Of a DNA stretch of 42,540 bases, positions 7,581 through 16,285 are shown piece after piece (within the stretch, counting starts at the first letter, position 1; each line of letters begins with the position of its first letter). Origin of the DNA: Methanobacteriota archaeon (GTDB lineage: Archaea > Thermoplasmatota > Poseidoniia > Poseidoniales > Poseidoniaceae); contig JABIGM010000057.1 of assembly GCA_018650165.1 (NCBI GenBank), positions 1 through 42,540 on the forward strand, given 5' to 3'. The notes beneath the pieces are model-generated. The model did not search any database. It was not told where the DNA came from and saw nothing but the letters and a program-made list of their open reading frames with translations. Position numbers and translations under genes: made by a program.

Positions 7581-8594
7581 TCAAAGGTCAGGCCGTTCCG
7601 GCATTTCTAACGAAGACTTGGAATCGCTGTCTGGAGGGCCAGCAGGTGGGCCGGACGGCGGACCAGTTGGCGGACCAGTTGGCGGACCAGTTGGCGGACC
7701 AGTTGGTGGACCAGTTGGTGGACCAGCTGGAGGGCCAGTTGGAGGGTCGGTTGGAGGACCAGCTGGAATTACCGGTTCCGCAGGGGAGTTTTTTGGAGGC
7801 GTTGGTGGTGGCGTTGGTGGTGGCGTTGGTGGTGGAGTTGGCGGAGAAGACGGGGGTTTAGGAGGACCTGGTGGGGGCAATGGGACCTCGGCAGGGGCAC
7901 TTTCTTCAGCGGGACTGGCTGTTACTAGAGGCGCTGGGCCAGAATATGACAGTAGAGGGTCTTCCATTGTAGAGGGCTGTGGAGGAGGGGCTTCTCGGAT
8001 TGGATTAGCATTCAAAATCGGGGCTTCATGCGCTCCTTCACTCGAAGTAGAGGTTAATCCAGTTGATAATTTATCTAAATCTGCTTTGATTAAAGTATCT
8101 CCACCCGCTGCATTTTCAGCAGCATAGGATGTCATGACCACTTTGGAGGAGTCAATCATCTCACGCTCTTTGACATTTCCGAAATCAGATAGATTATCTG
8201 TGAATGCACCAGAAAACAAGGAAGAACCCATTGTATTTGCCATCTTTCTTCCTTGAAGAACACTGTACTCAAAATCGAATTCATAAGGACCCATCTTGAT
8301 TTCATCAGATGAACTTTTCAGGACAAATGTCCACTCGCCCGAATCAAGATTAAATTCGAAAGTCCATTCCCTTTCTACTCCAGGACCAAGGCTACTAACA
8401 CCTTCCTTTGAAGGATGTTTAACCCCGGAATTTGTAATTACAGAAACATCTAATCCACCCATTGGAACAGGTGCTTCATTTGAAATCGAAATTATTGCAA
8501 GAACGACATCTTCATCGTCATCATTGATATCCATTTTGACACTGATGACCTCTGCCTTCAATGAACCACTACTTCCCGAAGTTGGTACACCCAT
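7581..8594 (-). CDS. Hypothetical protein: N-terminal beta-rich domain and proline-rich C-terminal half
   Basis: 337-aa ORF, acidic ordered N-terminal part, (PPT/GPPT)n tail; no signal peptide. Confidence 0.75.
   Translation of the reverse strand: MGVPTSGSSGSLKAEVISVKMDINDDDEDVVLAIISISNEAPVPMGGLDVSVITNSGVKHPSKEGVSSLGPGVEREWTFEFNLDSGEWTFVLKSSSDEIKMGPYEFDFEYSVLQGRKMANTMGSSLFSGAFTDNLSDFGNVKEREMIDSSKVVMTSYAAENAAGGDTLIKADLDKLSTGLTSTSSEGAHEAPILNANPIREAPPPQPSTMEDPLLSYSGPAPLVTASPAEESAPAEVPLPPPGPPKPPSSPPTPPPTPPPTPPPTPPKNSPAEPVIPAGPPTDPPTGPPAGPPTGPPTGPPTGPPTGPPTGPPSGPPAGPPDSDSKSSLEMPERPDL
7657..7764. repeat. 12-bp tandem repeat (GGCGGACCAGTT), 4 perfect plus 5 degenerate copies, coding GPPT
   Basis: Perfect copies start at 7657, 7669, 7681 and 7693; variants continue to 7764. 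Confidence 0.95.
7798..7845. repeat. 12-bp tandem repeat (GGCGTTGGTGGT), 3 perfect plus 1 degenerate copy, coding PPTP
   Basis: Copies at 7798, 7810 and 7822; variant at 7834. Confidence 0.9.
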
Positions 8595-8654
8595 GTCGCT
8601 CGCCTACCTTGCCACTAACGCAACCATACTTGAAGCCAACCATACAACGAGTGC

Positions 8655-9233
8655 CTAACGAAGCCCACCACGGGTAGTCGCTGGAAGAGACCAGTCGACG
8701 GCAGCCACGGTATGGTTTGCAAGATCAACCGGGCTCCTTTTGGTTTCATGCCTCGAGGTCATCAATGCATCCCAAAGTCCTAGCAATACCCCGATGAATG
8801 GAATAATGTACTTGATTTTGTGAGCTGCTCTTCGACCCCAATGCGAAATTCCAAGCAGACTACCATCATCGTGAACAATAGCGATTCTCATCGCCCGTTG
8901 CCCTAAGCTTCTTCCGTAATACCGGCCTGTATACTTGAAGTATAGCCAGTAGAAGGTGATATGCATAATCCATGCAGCAATAACATACGGGGCATCTTTG
9001 GTTAGCAGTGAATTTAATGACATCAAAGAGATGTAGAAATAACCACTTGATGAATCGATTAATGCAACGATTAGAGTGATTAGAAAAGCATCTAAGCATA
9101 AAGCGACAATTCGCTTCCAGATAGGAGCAATAAGCATACCTTCAGGAGCGGTAGAAGCTATCGCTGCTTGAGCCATAGTACCCGGTTTGTGCACACTGAC
9201 AGGAGAGTCCGCCATGGTGCTGGGTTGGGCCAT
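8655..9233 (-). CDS. RDD family membrane protein
   Basis: APIWKRIVALCLDAFLI, GRSLGQRAMRIAIV, DLANHTVA; true start may be ATG 9215. Confidence 0.85.
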   Translation of the reverse strand: MAQPSTMADSPVSVHKPGTMAQAAIASTAPEGMLIAPIWKRIVALCLDAFLITLIVALIDSSSGYFYISLMSLNSLLTKDAPYVIAAWIMHITFYWLYFKYTGRYYGRSLGQRAMRIAIVHDDGSLLGISHWGRRAAHKIKYIIPFIGVLLGLWDALMTSRHETKRSPVDLANHTVAAVDWSLPATTRGGLR

Positions 9234-9251
9234 GCCTTTGAAAGGCTGTCC

Positions 9252-11204
9252 TCACGAATTTACAACATGCCACGCCATAAGATTGAATTCAGTTATCCAA
9301 TCAAGCCAACTAGCCCATGTCGAATCATTACGTAGTGTTCTATCATCACCAATAACTATCAATCCGCGTTTGGCTCTAGTCAGTGCAACATTTAGACGGC
9401 GGTAATTTGAGAGGAAACCAACAGTTCCGTTTTCATTCGCACGTACAGTAGATAGCACAATGATTTCTTTCTCACGACCTTGATATCCATCTACAGACTT
9501 AACTTCAAGACCTTCAATTTGGTCTCCAAACATTTCACGAATTAAACGAACTTGACCCGCATAAGGGGAGATTACTCCTATGTCATCTGGAGTTAAATCC
9601 CCAGGTGCTAGTAAATCATTTACAATCTTGACGACGATTGCAGCTTCATCCATATTGGAGCGCGACGAACCAGATTCTTCTTGAATTTCAGAACCATGAA
9701 CTGGAACAAAGGCAACCGGTTTATCCCAATCAGGCCACAAAAAACCAGCAACAGGGGGCCTCTCTGATTCAGAACACCCATCCTCAAGACGGTTTTCATA
9801 AAACCTAGAGGATGGAAATTCGCGGATGGTAGGATGCATTCGATACTGAGTCGTAAGCATGTGTGCCGGAACACCATTTGCTAGCAACCTTTCGAAAAGA
9901 GGAATATCCAAACCCCCTTCCTCTGCATTCTGACTGGTTACGGTTGGTGGAAGTTGACGGTGATCGCCAACTAGAATCAGTTGCCGTGCCCCTTTGACGA
10001 TTGGGACCAATGAAGACGGCTCGGTTGCCTGGGTTGCTTCATCAATTAACACAATCGAAAACTTCCTATTGGATAATGTGAAATGGCCTGCACCAATATT
10101 TGTTGTACACAATACTTCAGCCCCCGATAAAACATCATCAGTAATCCGTTGCTCTAATTCCCTAATCTCCCGATAATTCTTGTTAATATCTCGGTGAGCA
10201 AGGCCTTTCTCTTTGCCTTTCAGGTCATGAAGTTTTGATTTCATAGCATCGGTTTCTTCACGAATAAATGCGATTTCATCTTGCTTTGGATGGCGTGAAA
10301 CTTGAGCATCTAAAGTAGCATCCCTTAGACTCTCTCTAACCTTTACAGGTCTTCCGAAGCGAATTGCTTTCACTCCAAGTTCAAGTAAACCTTCTAGCAA
10401 ATTATCGACTGCTACGTTTGATTCTGCACATGCAAGAATAGGACCTCTGCCCATTTCAATTAAAGATTTCAAGAGATGTACTGCTGTGTGGGTTTTACCG
10501 GTTCCTGGAGGTCCTTGAATCATTGTAAGTCGCTGACTAACAGCGGTTTCAATCGCATCCGATTGACTCTCATCAAGAAGCATCCCTGACAAGTTTAGGG
10601 GCCGGGTTTTCTGTCCACGAATTTCAGGAGGCCTTTGGGCAGATGCGGCCAAGTCATGTGGTTGACAAAGTAGCAAGTCTCTCAAGACAGTACCACCGTC
10701 GCCTTCTGTTGAATGGAAAGATACCAACGCTTCATGCATACGGTCATGAGCAACTCTGTTAGCACCCCTATCTAGTCTCCAACCACCTTTCCGTAAGTCA
10801 CTTGGCTTCTCCTTTGTTACAATTCTAATTCTTCGATTAGTTCTGTCTAATACAACACCCTCAACGACCTTTTCACCCCAAGGCCTAGCGCGTGAGATTA
10901 TCACCATGTCACCATGGCCAAAACGATGGAATGGAAGTGAACCCCCTCCGCGAGATTCAAACACTAGAATCGGTTCTCCAAAAAAACGTCCTGATGTTCT
11001 TCCAACCAAATCAAAAAGTGCTAATCCGGCACTTGCCATTTTTTGTTTTGACCAATTTTTCCAGCGTTCTTGAACTTGATTTAATTCATCTTCGAGTTCA
11101 ATTCCAATTAAATTGGTAAAGCACTGAAAATGGTCTTGTGATTTTCGCCACTTGTTTTCATGGGCAACCGATGGGGTGCCTTTGCCGTTAGAACGAGTAT
11201 TCAT
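9252..11204 (-). CDS. Superfamily 1B helicase, Upf1/IGHMBP2 (DNA2/NAM7) family
   Basis: QGPPGTGKT, ESNVAVDN, LIDEATQA, VGDHRQLPP, QYRMHP, SPYAGQV, VDGYQGREKE, RRLNVALTRA; ATG 11204 has a GGAGGGGTG SD. Confidence 0.93.
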   Translation of the reverse strand: MNTRSNGKGTPSVAHENKWRKSQDHFQCFTNLIGIELEDELNQVQERWKNWSKQKMASAGLALFDLVGRTSGRFFGEPILVFESRGGGSLPFHRFGHGDMVIISRARPWGEKVVEGVVLDRTNRRIRIVTKEKPSDLRKGGWRLDRGANRVAHDRMHEALVSFHSTEGDGGTVLRDLLLCQPHDLAASAQRPPEIRGQKTRPLNLSGMLLDESQSDAIETAVSQRLTMIQGPPGTGKTHTAVHLLKSLIEMGRGPILACAESNVAVDNLLEGLLELGVKAIRFGRPVKVRESLRDATLDAQVSRHPKQDEIAFIREETDAMKSKLHDLKGKEKGLAHRDINKNYREIRELEQRITDDVLSGAEVLCTTNIGAGHFTLSNRKFSIVLIDEATQATEPSSLVPIVKGARQLILVGDHRQLPPTVTSQNAEEGGLDIPLFERLLANGVPAHMLTTQYRMHPTIREFPSSRFYENRLEDGCSESERPPVAGFLWPDWDKPVAFVPVHGSEIQEESGSSRSNMDEAAIVVKIVNDLLAPGDLTPDDIGVISPYAGQVRLIREMFGDQIEGLEVKSVDGYQGREKEIIVLSTVRANENGTVGFLSNYRRLNVALTRAKRGLIVIGDDRTLRNDSTWASWLDWITEFNLMAWHVVNS

Positions 11205-11322
11205 TCTATGCACCCCTCCCTTCTCGGCCATGTCAAAACCGTAGTGATGCTGGTATAGCATGCTGCCGGTGGTCGGGAATAGGTGAGACTTAACAAGGAA
11301 ATGAGACGCGGAATGTTTGCTG

Positions 11323-12450
11323 ATGGGAATGTTCCGACGTAAAGAGGCCGCAAATATCGAGGGCGAAGTTTGTCCCTATTGCGAGTTTGTTAACAGCACT
11401 GGTGCTACTACTTGCTCTCAGTGTTATTACGATTTAAACAAGGCACCGAGAGACCAAGGCGAACAACTTTCACCAGAAATTAGTAATTCATTATTTGATG
11501 AATTAATGTCAGACGAAGATGATTCTTGGGAAGATGGCGATGCATTGGAGGTAGTTTTGACGCTCGACCAGGACCCCTTGGAAGTCGAGCAATACGCTAC
11601 AACCGATTTTTCCGCCGAAGAACCAGAGAAAATTGATTTCCTCGACTCTTCAAAGCCCGAATTAAACGAAACAGTTACACACAGGCCAAATGAAGTTACG
11701 GTTGAAGATGTCGGCGAGGCAATTACGAATGTTGAAAAATTGGATTTTTCGAAAGATGACCCGTTTGCTGAAATCTCCGAACCGGTTCACCAAGGCAAGG
11801 GCGCAGTATTCTCACCAAGCACTCCTTCCAAGCTAGATGATGATTTATTGGGTCATGTTGGGGGCAAAGAATTACCGTCGCTTCCTTCAGATGATGAAAT
11901 CTATGGCAATAAAATCGATCTTACTGCGAAGAAAGCACCGTCCCCAACACCTTCGGTAGTATTACCATCAAGCCCCTTGGTTCAATCTACAACTGTAGAG
12001 CCCCACAATGTTCCATTATCGGATTCAATTCCCGATGATAAACCGGTTGCTACAATCGTTGAACAACAAACAGATGAACCAGTGAGCGTCGAGGACGAAC
12101 CTGTTTCTGAACCTGTTATACCAACAAATCCCGTTTTCCCAGAGCCAAGTATCGAACAGAGAATTTGGCCATGGGCAGCCGGTGAACTTTGGGACCCACG
12201 CATAGTTCATCGTGAAGTCGTATCTGCATTAGAGCAAGTAAAGAGTGGGCATATTGCAGAAGCGACGGTTACAATTGATGCACTTGGACCGCATTTGGGT
12301 GATGAAAATATCGATCTAATCTACCATATTGGAATGGTACTAAAGCAACTAAATCGTATTGATGAAGTAAAAACAATGCTTGAAACAGCTCAAGTTAAAA
12401 TGCCTGGCAATGAACATGTTTCATCAGCATTAACTTATCTCGATGTATGA
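11323..12450 (+). CDS. Zinc-ribbon / acidic linker / TPR-like protein
   Basis: CPYC-x10-CSQC at the N-terminus, long D/E/P-rich linker, C-terminal helical repeats (LIYHIGMVLKQLNRIDEV). Confidence 0.75.
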   Translation: MGMFRRKEAANIEGEVCPYCEFVNSTGATTCSQCYYDLNKAPRDQGEQLSPEISNSLFDELMSDEDDSWEDGDALEVVLTLDQDPLEVEQYATTDFSAEEPEKIDFLDSSKPELNETVTHRPNEVTVEDVGEAITNVEKLDFSKDDPFAEISEPVHQGKGAVFSPSTPSKLDDDLLGHVGGKELPSLPSDDEIYGNKIDLTAKKAPSPTPSVVLPSSPLVQSTTVEPHNVPLSDSIPDDKPVATIVEQQTDEPVSVEDEPVSEPVIPTNPVFPEPSIEQRIWPWAAGELWDPRIVHREVVSALEQVKSGHIAEATVTIDALGPHLGDENIDLIYHIGMVLKQLNRIDEVKTMLETAQVKMPGNEHVSSALTYLDV

Positions 12451-12456
12451 GGGGGC

Positions 12457-13029
12457 ATGAAAATGGACATTCCGGTGCTAGAAATCGAATCGGAAGTTAT
12501 ACTACGCCCGGTTAGTAGACGCATTTTACCTGAAGTGATGGAATCTTATTACGAGGACCCCGAAGCAGCTAAAGCCGCATTACCTTGGCTAAAAGAAGGT
12601 GAAAAGGCAAGAAGTCAAATCGCCGATTTAATGATTGATCTTGAAATGCACAAAGAAGGAAACTCCATACATTTCTGGGCAATTCATTCATCGGAAGATA
12701 ATTCATTTGTTGGATTAGTTGGCCTAGGGGACGAGTTACAATTGGCAGCATCTGCTTACAATTTGGGATATTGGGTGCGTCGTGATTGGAGGCGAAAGGG
12801 GATCGCCCGTGCATGTGTAGATGCAATTTTTAAGTGGCAATCTGCACGTACAGAGCATTCATTGATAGAAATTACAGTACATCCACATAATGAGGCTGGG
12901 TTAGCAGTTTGTAAATCGATTTGTAAAAAGTGGAAGGGTCTCGCAGTAGAAGGTTTTGTCCCAATAGAAATCGACGGCCGAACAATCCCTCATGTTCTAC
13001 ATCTTGTGCAATTAAATCGTGGTGATTAG
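12457..13029 (+). CDS. GNAT N-acetyltransferase, RimJ/RimL family
   Basis: FVGLVGL, YNLGYWVRRDWRRKGIA (acetyl-CoA loop), HPHNEAG. Confidence 0.88.
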   Translation: MKMDIPVLEIESEVILRPVSRRILPEVMESYYEDPEAAKAALPWLKEGEKARSQIADLMIDLEMHKEGNSIHFWAIHSSEDNSFVGLVGLGDELQLAASAYNLGYWVRRDWRRKGIARACVDAIFKWQSARTEHSLIEITVHPHNEAGLAVCKSICKKWKGLAVEGFVPIEIDGRTIPHVLHLVQLNRGD

Positions 13030-13785
13030 ATGAAGCCTACTTGGCTTACAGTCGATTCTGACGACCTCCGACACATTCCTTCATCCCAAGGACATCCAAC
13101 TAGATCGAAAGGAATTCCTCATGAAGGGACCTCTTTAGAAATGAAAAGTGCGATGGTCGCATTTCAAAATTGGCTTGATAGAACACAAGTCACGCTTACG
13201 ATATTTGTAATTGCGGACCAACTCGACGATCCCATTTTCAGCGACTGGCTTACAAAAATTCTAGCAAAGCATCCACAAGTCACAATTGGTTGCCACGGTC
13301 TAACACATCGCTGTTGGTCCGCCTACCCTGAAGACGAAGAAGGTCTTCTTGCGGCTATAGTCGAAGCCGATATCAAACTCCATCAATTTGCGGGAGACTC
13401 TTGGCGTCCTTGGTTTAGAGCACCTGCTGGTTACATAGCACCATGGATGGCACCAATAATTGCCAAAGCAGGATTTGAGTTAGATAGCAGCGTCAATCCC
13501 TCTTGGTTAGTTAGGAAAAAAGCTGGACCATGGAAGGATTGGAATGCAGTCAAAAAAGCATTGAAAGATTCTGGCTTAGAGAGTAAGCCCTGGCTTTGTA
13601 GATATTCATTACCAACATGCGGACCCGCCCTTTCAATTCCGTTTTTAAGTTGGAATGCAAAACGCGCATGGCGAAAACTGGGCCCGTTTGTAGAACCGGT
13701 TGAGGCTGAAGAAACCGTATATTGGCACATTCTTGACCATGGCAAAAAAAATGGACAATGGAAACCACCTCTTCTGATAGAATGA
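13030..13785 (+). CDS. Polysaccharide deacetylase (CE4/NodB-like)
   Basis: TVDSDD (motif 1), GCHGLTH (HxxxH), FRAPAG (motif 3), DSS; ATG directly follows the GNAT stop. Confidence 0.85.
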   Translation: MKPTWLTVDSDDLRHIPSSQGHPTRSKGIPHEGTSLEMKSAMVAFQNWLDRTQVTLTIFVIADQLDDPIFSDWLTKILAKHPQVTIGCHGLTHRCWSAYPEDEEGLLAAIVEADIKLHQFAGDSWRPWFRAPAGYIAPWMAPIIAKAGFELDSSVNPSWLVRKKAGPWKDWNAVKKALKDSGLESKPWLCRYSLPTCGPALSIPFLSWNAKRAWRKLGPFVEPVEAEETVYWHILDHGKKNGQWKPPLLIE

Positions 13786-13809
13786 GCCCAAAGGGCTCAA
13801 GGCATCATC

Positions 13810-15279
13810 ATGCTACGGGCATGTATGGAGAAGAAATTCTGGAAGGGTCTTCTCCTCATAGGAATTGTAATGCACATTCTTGCTGCAATGCTAATGCCGC
13901 TTGGTCTTGATGCACATATCCATGCGACATATGTTACGGATGGAATGGATGATGGAGAACCTCATTTGGAGTGGGGTGAACTAAGACCGGATTCACCCGA
14001 CAGTTCTACTCCAAAAGAAATTCCGGCTGAAGACAAATGGTTTGCTTGGCATGCAATAATAGAAATCTGGTTCTCAATTTTCGCTCCATCAATGGCCATT
14101 TTGCATGTCCTTGGATTGGTTGGCGGGTTGGGATGTTTGGCAATAATTTTCTTAGCAACTAGAGATTTATTTGGTGAAGAACAGGCTTTGAAATTAACTG
14201 CACTCGGATCAATATATCCGCCATTGATTAGAGCAGCAGGCCGTTTTTATCAAGAAGGAATTATTCTAATTCTAGTAACAATAGCCATCTATTGTATCAT
14301 TAAAGCGATTAGAGATTCAAAGACATGGAATGCCTGGTGGGTCCCGCCAATATTTTGTGCAATAGTTATTCTTTCATTCAAAGGAATGCCGTTATGGTAC
14401 ATCTTCCCAACAATAATTGCTCTTTGGGTTGCATCGAGAATTAGGATGGATCAAATAAAAATTTCAATAATTGCAATCTTAGTTGAATTGATTATAATCA
14501 ACCGCAATGGAATTTCATTATCTAATCCTGACATAATTCCTGCACTACTTTCAGCGTTTATCGGTTGCTTCATCTTCGTTTATGGTGGGATGCTTTTGTT
14601 TTCGAAATCAACTGGCGAGAGTAATGACGAATCAAGGATTATTGAAAATGGGTCACTGATGGTTTTGGCTTGCTTAGTTGGGTGGATTGCAGCATTATGG
14701 GTCACTGAAGCGGTTGCTTTAGAATCCAATTTCTTTGATATTATTCGTTCCTTCAGAAACAACCCAAGATATCTCTCTTTGTTATTGGTCCCATTGTGGT
14801 TTGGCCGAATGCTAAAAACGGATTCGGAGGGATTAACCATCGAAGGCCCAGGTCGCAAAATTACTATTGTCACAATATGCCTTATGTTATTGGTAAATGC
14901 ATCTGTATTAGCGGCTACTGGTGAAAGAGGAACCGAGGTTATTGGAACACACTTAAATGAAGAAATTGAAGAGGGTGAAGATATTCTTTTCATAGCAAAC
15001 TCGCCTCTTTCAATGCACCGAATATATTCAATTAAATTCCCTATGGATCCAAATAATGACATGGATAGTATGGGATACTGGCGCCATAATAGTACTGATT
15101 GGCATGCTGAATTATTAGAATGCGATACGTTGCAAGATGTGAACTGGATAATCAATTATCCGACGGGGCATGCGATTGCTCCTGAAGGATGGGTTGAAGT
15201 AGAATTCAAAGGTTCTGAAAAGGTTAGTGAAAACTACCATTTGTATACATGGGGTGGAGAAAATGAACGCTGTGCTTGA
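13810..15279 (+). CDS. Polytopic membrane protein, probable GT-C fold glycosyltransferase
   Basis: About 11-12 hydrophobic segments, acidic first external loop (GLDAHIHATY), YPPL...RFYQE, soluble C-terminal domain; layout of PMT/ArnT-type enzymes. Confidence 0.6.
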   Translation: MLRACMEKKFWKGLLLIGIVMHILAAMLMPLGLDAHIHATYVTDGMDDGEPHLEWGELRPDSPDSSTPKEIPAEDKWFAWHAIIEIWFSIFAPSMAILHVLGLVGGLGCLAIIFLATRDLFGEEQALKLTALGSIYPPLIRAAGRFYQEGIILILVTIAIYCIIKAIRDSKTWNAWWVPPIFCAIVILSFKGMPLWYIFPTIIALWVASRIRMDQIKISIIAILVELIIINRNGISLSNPDIIPALLSAFIGCFIFVYGGMLLFSKSTGESNDESRIIENGSLMVLACLVGWIAALWVTEAVALESNFFDIIRSFRNNPRYLSLLLVPLWFGRMLKTDSEGLTIEGPGRKITIVTICLMLLVNASVLAATGERGTEVIGTHLNEEIEEGEDILFIANSPLSMHRIYSIKFPMDPNNDMDSMGYWRHNSTDWHAELLECDTLQDVNWIINYPTGHAIAPEGWVEVEFKGSEKVSENYHLYTWGGENERCA

Positions 15280-16285
15280 TGGAATAAAAGTTCTTGATTT
15301 ATCTCGAATTTTAGCAGGCCCATATTGCGCACAAATGCTAGCAGACCTTGGAGCTGAAGTAACCAAAGTAGAAGCTCCTTGGGGCGACGATACACGTGGT
15401 TGGGGACCACCTTTCACCGCAGATGGTAATGCTGCATACTATCTATCATGTAATCGTGGTAAGGAGATAATTTTTCATAATCTTAAGGAAGACAAAGAAG
15501 CAATCCATAAATTGATTTCTGAATCGGATGTTGTAATAGAAAACTTTCGCCCTGGGCAACTTGAAAAACTAATTGGACCAATTTCCAAAGATGTAATTTT
15601 ATGCTCGATTACTGGATTTGGGCAAAATGGTCCACGTGCACAAGAACCGGGATATGACCTCGCTTTACAAGCGATGAGTGGAATAATGAGCATCACTGGA
15701 GAGCCAGGAGGGGGTCCAGTCAAAGTTGGAGTCGCTTGGATAGACATAATTACGGGGCTTTATGCAGGGAATGCAATAATCGCTTCACTATTTCATCGAG
15801 AAAGAACAGGTAACAATAATCATCTAGATATTTCGTTATGGGATTGTGCAATTGCGTCGCTAGCAAACCAAGGCCAAAACCAACTTGTAAGTGGAAATGA
15901 CCCCGGACTATTGGGTTCAGGGCACCCAAATTTAGTCCCCTATCAAGCGTTTGAAGCCAAAGACGGATGGGTCGTAATAGCAGTAGGTTCAGATCCACAA
16001 TTCGAAAAATTATCTGAATTATTTGGATTTGAAAACGAATGGCCTACTAACCAGATGCGCGTAGATTCACGAGAAGATGTAGTTGGTGTAATCCAATCGA
16101 AAGTTACAGAACTAACGCGACACGAAGTTTGCGAATTACTTCAAGACATTCCAACTTCACCAATTAACAAAATTAGCGAATCACTAGCCGATATCCAAAG
16201 TATTGCCCGTGGAGTAATTACGGAATGGAATGGCCAACCGGTTCTTGCAAGCCCACTTCGATTTATCTCAGAAAGAGAACAGTGA
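15263..16285 (+). CDS. CoA-transferase family III (CaiB/BaiF)
   Basis: LDGIKVLDLSRILAGPYCAQMLADLGAEVTKVE, NRGK, ENFRPG, PGYDLALQAMSG, DIITGLYA. Confidence 0.93.
   Translation: MNAVLDGIKVLDLSRILAGPYCAQMLADLGAEVTKVEAPWGDDTRGWGPPFTADGNAAYYLSCNRGKEIIFHNLKEDKEAIHKLISESDVVIENFRPGQLEKLIGPISKDVILCSITGFGQNGPRAQEPGYDLALQAMSGIMSITGEPGGGPVKVGVAWIDIITGLYAGNAIIASLFHRERTGNNNHLDISLWDCAIASLANQGQNQLVSGNDPGLLGSGHPNLVPYQAFEAKDGWVVIAVGSDPQFEKLSELFGFENEWPTNQMRVDSREDVVGVIQSKVTELTRHEVCELLQDIPTSPINKISESLADIQSIARGVITEWNGQPVLASPLRFISEREQ

Noticed and set aside
7657-7845. Tandem repeats as CRISPR or collagen
   Set aside because: No spacers, unit only 12 bp, and the peptide period is 4 rather than Gly-X-Y.
7549-8127. 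192-aa Gly-rich plus-strand ORF and the 71-aa (ADQL)n ORF
   Set aside because: Antisense shadows of the proline-coding 12-bp repeats.
14580-15155. 191-aa minus-strand ORF
   Set aside because: Antisense to the membrane protein; no motifs.
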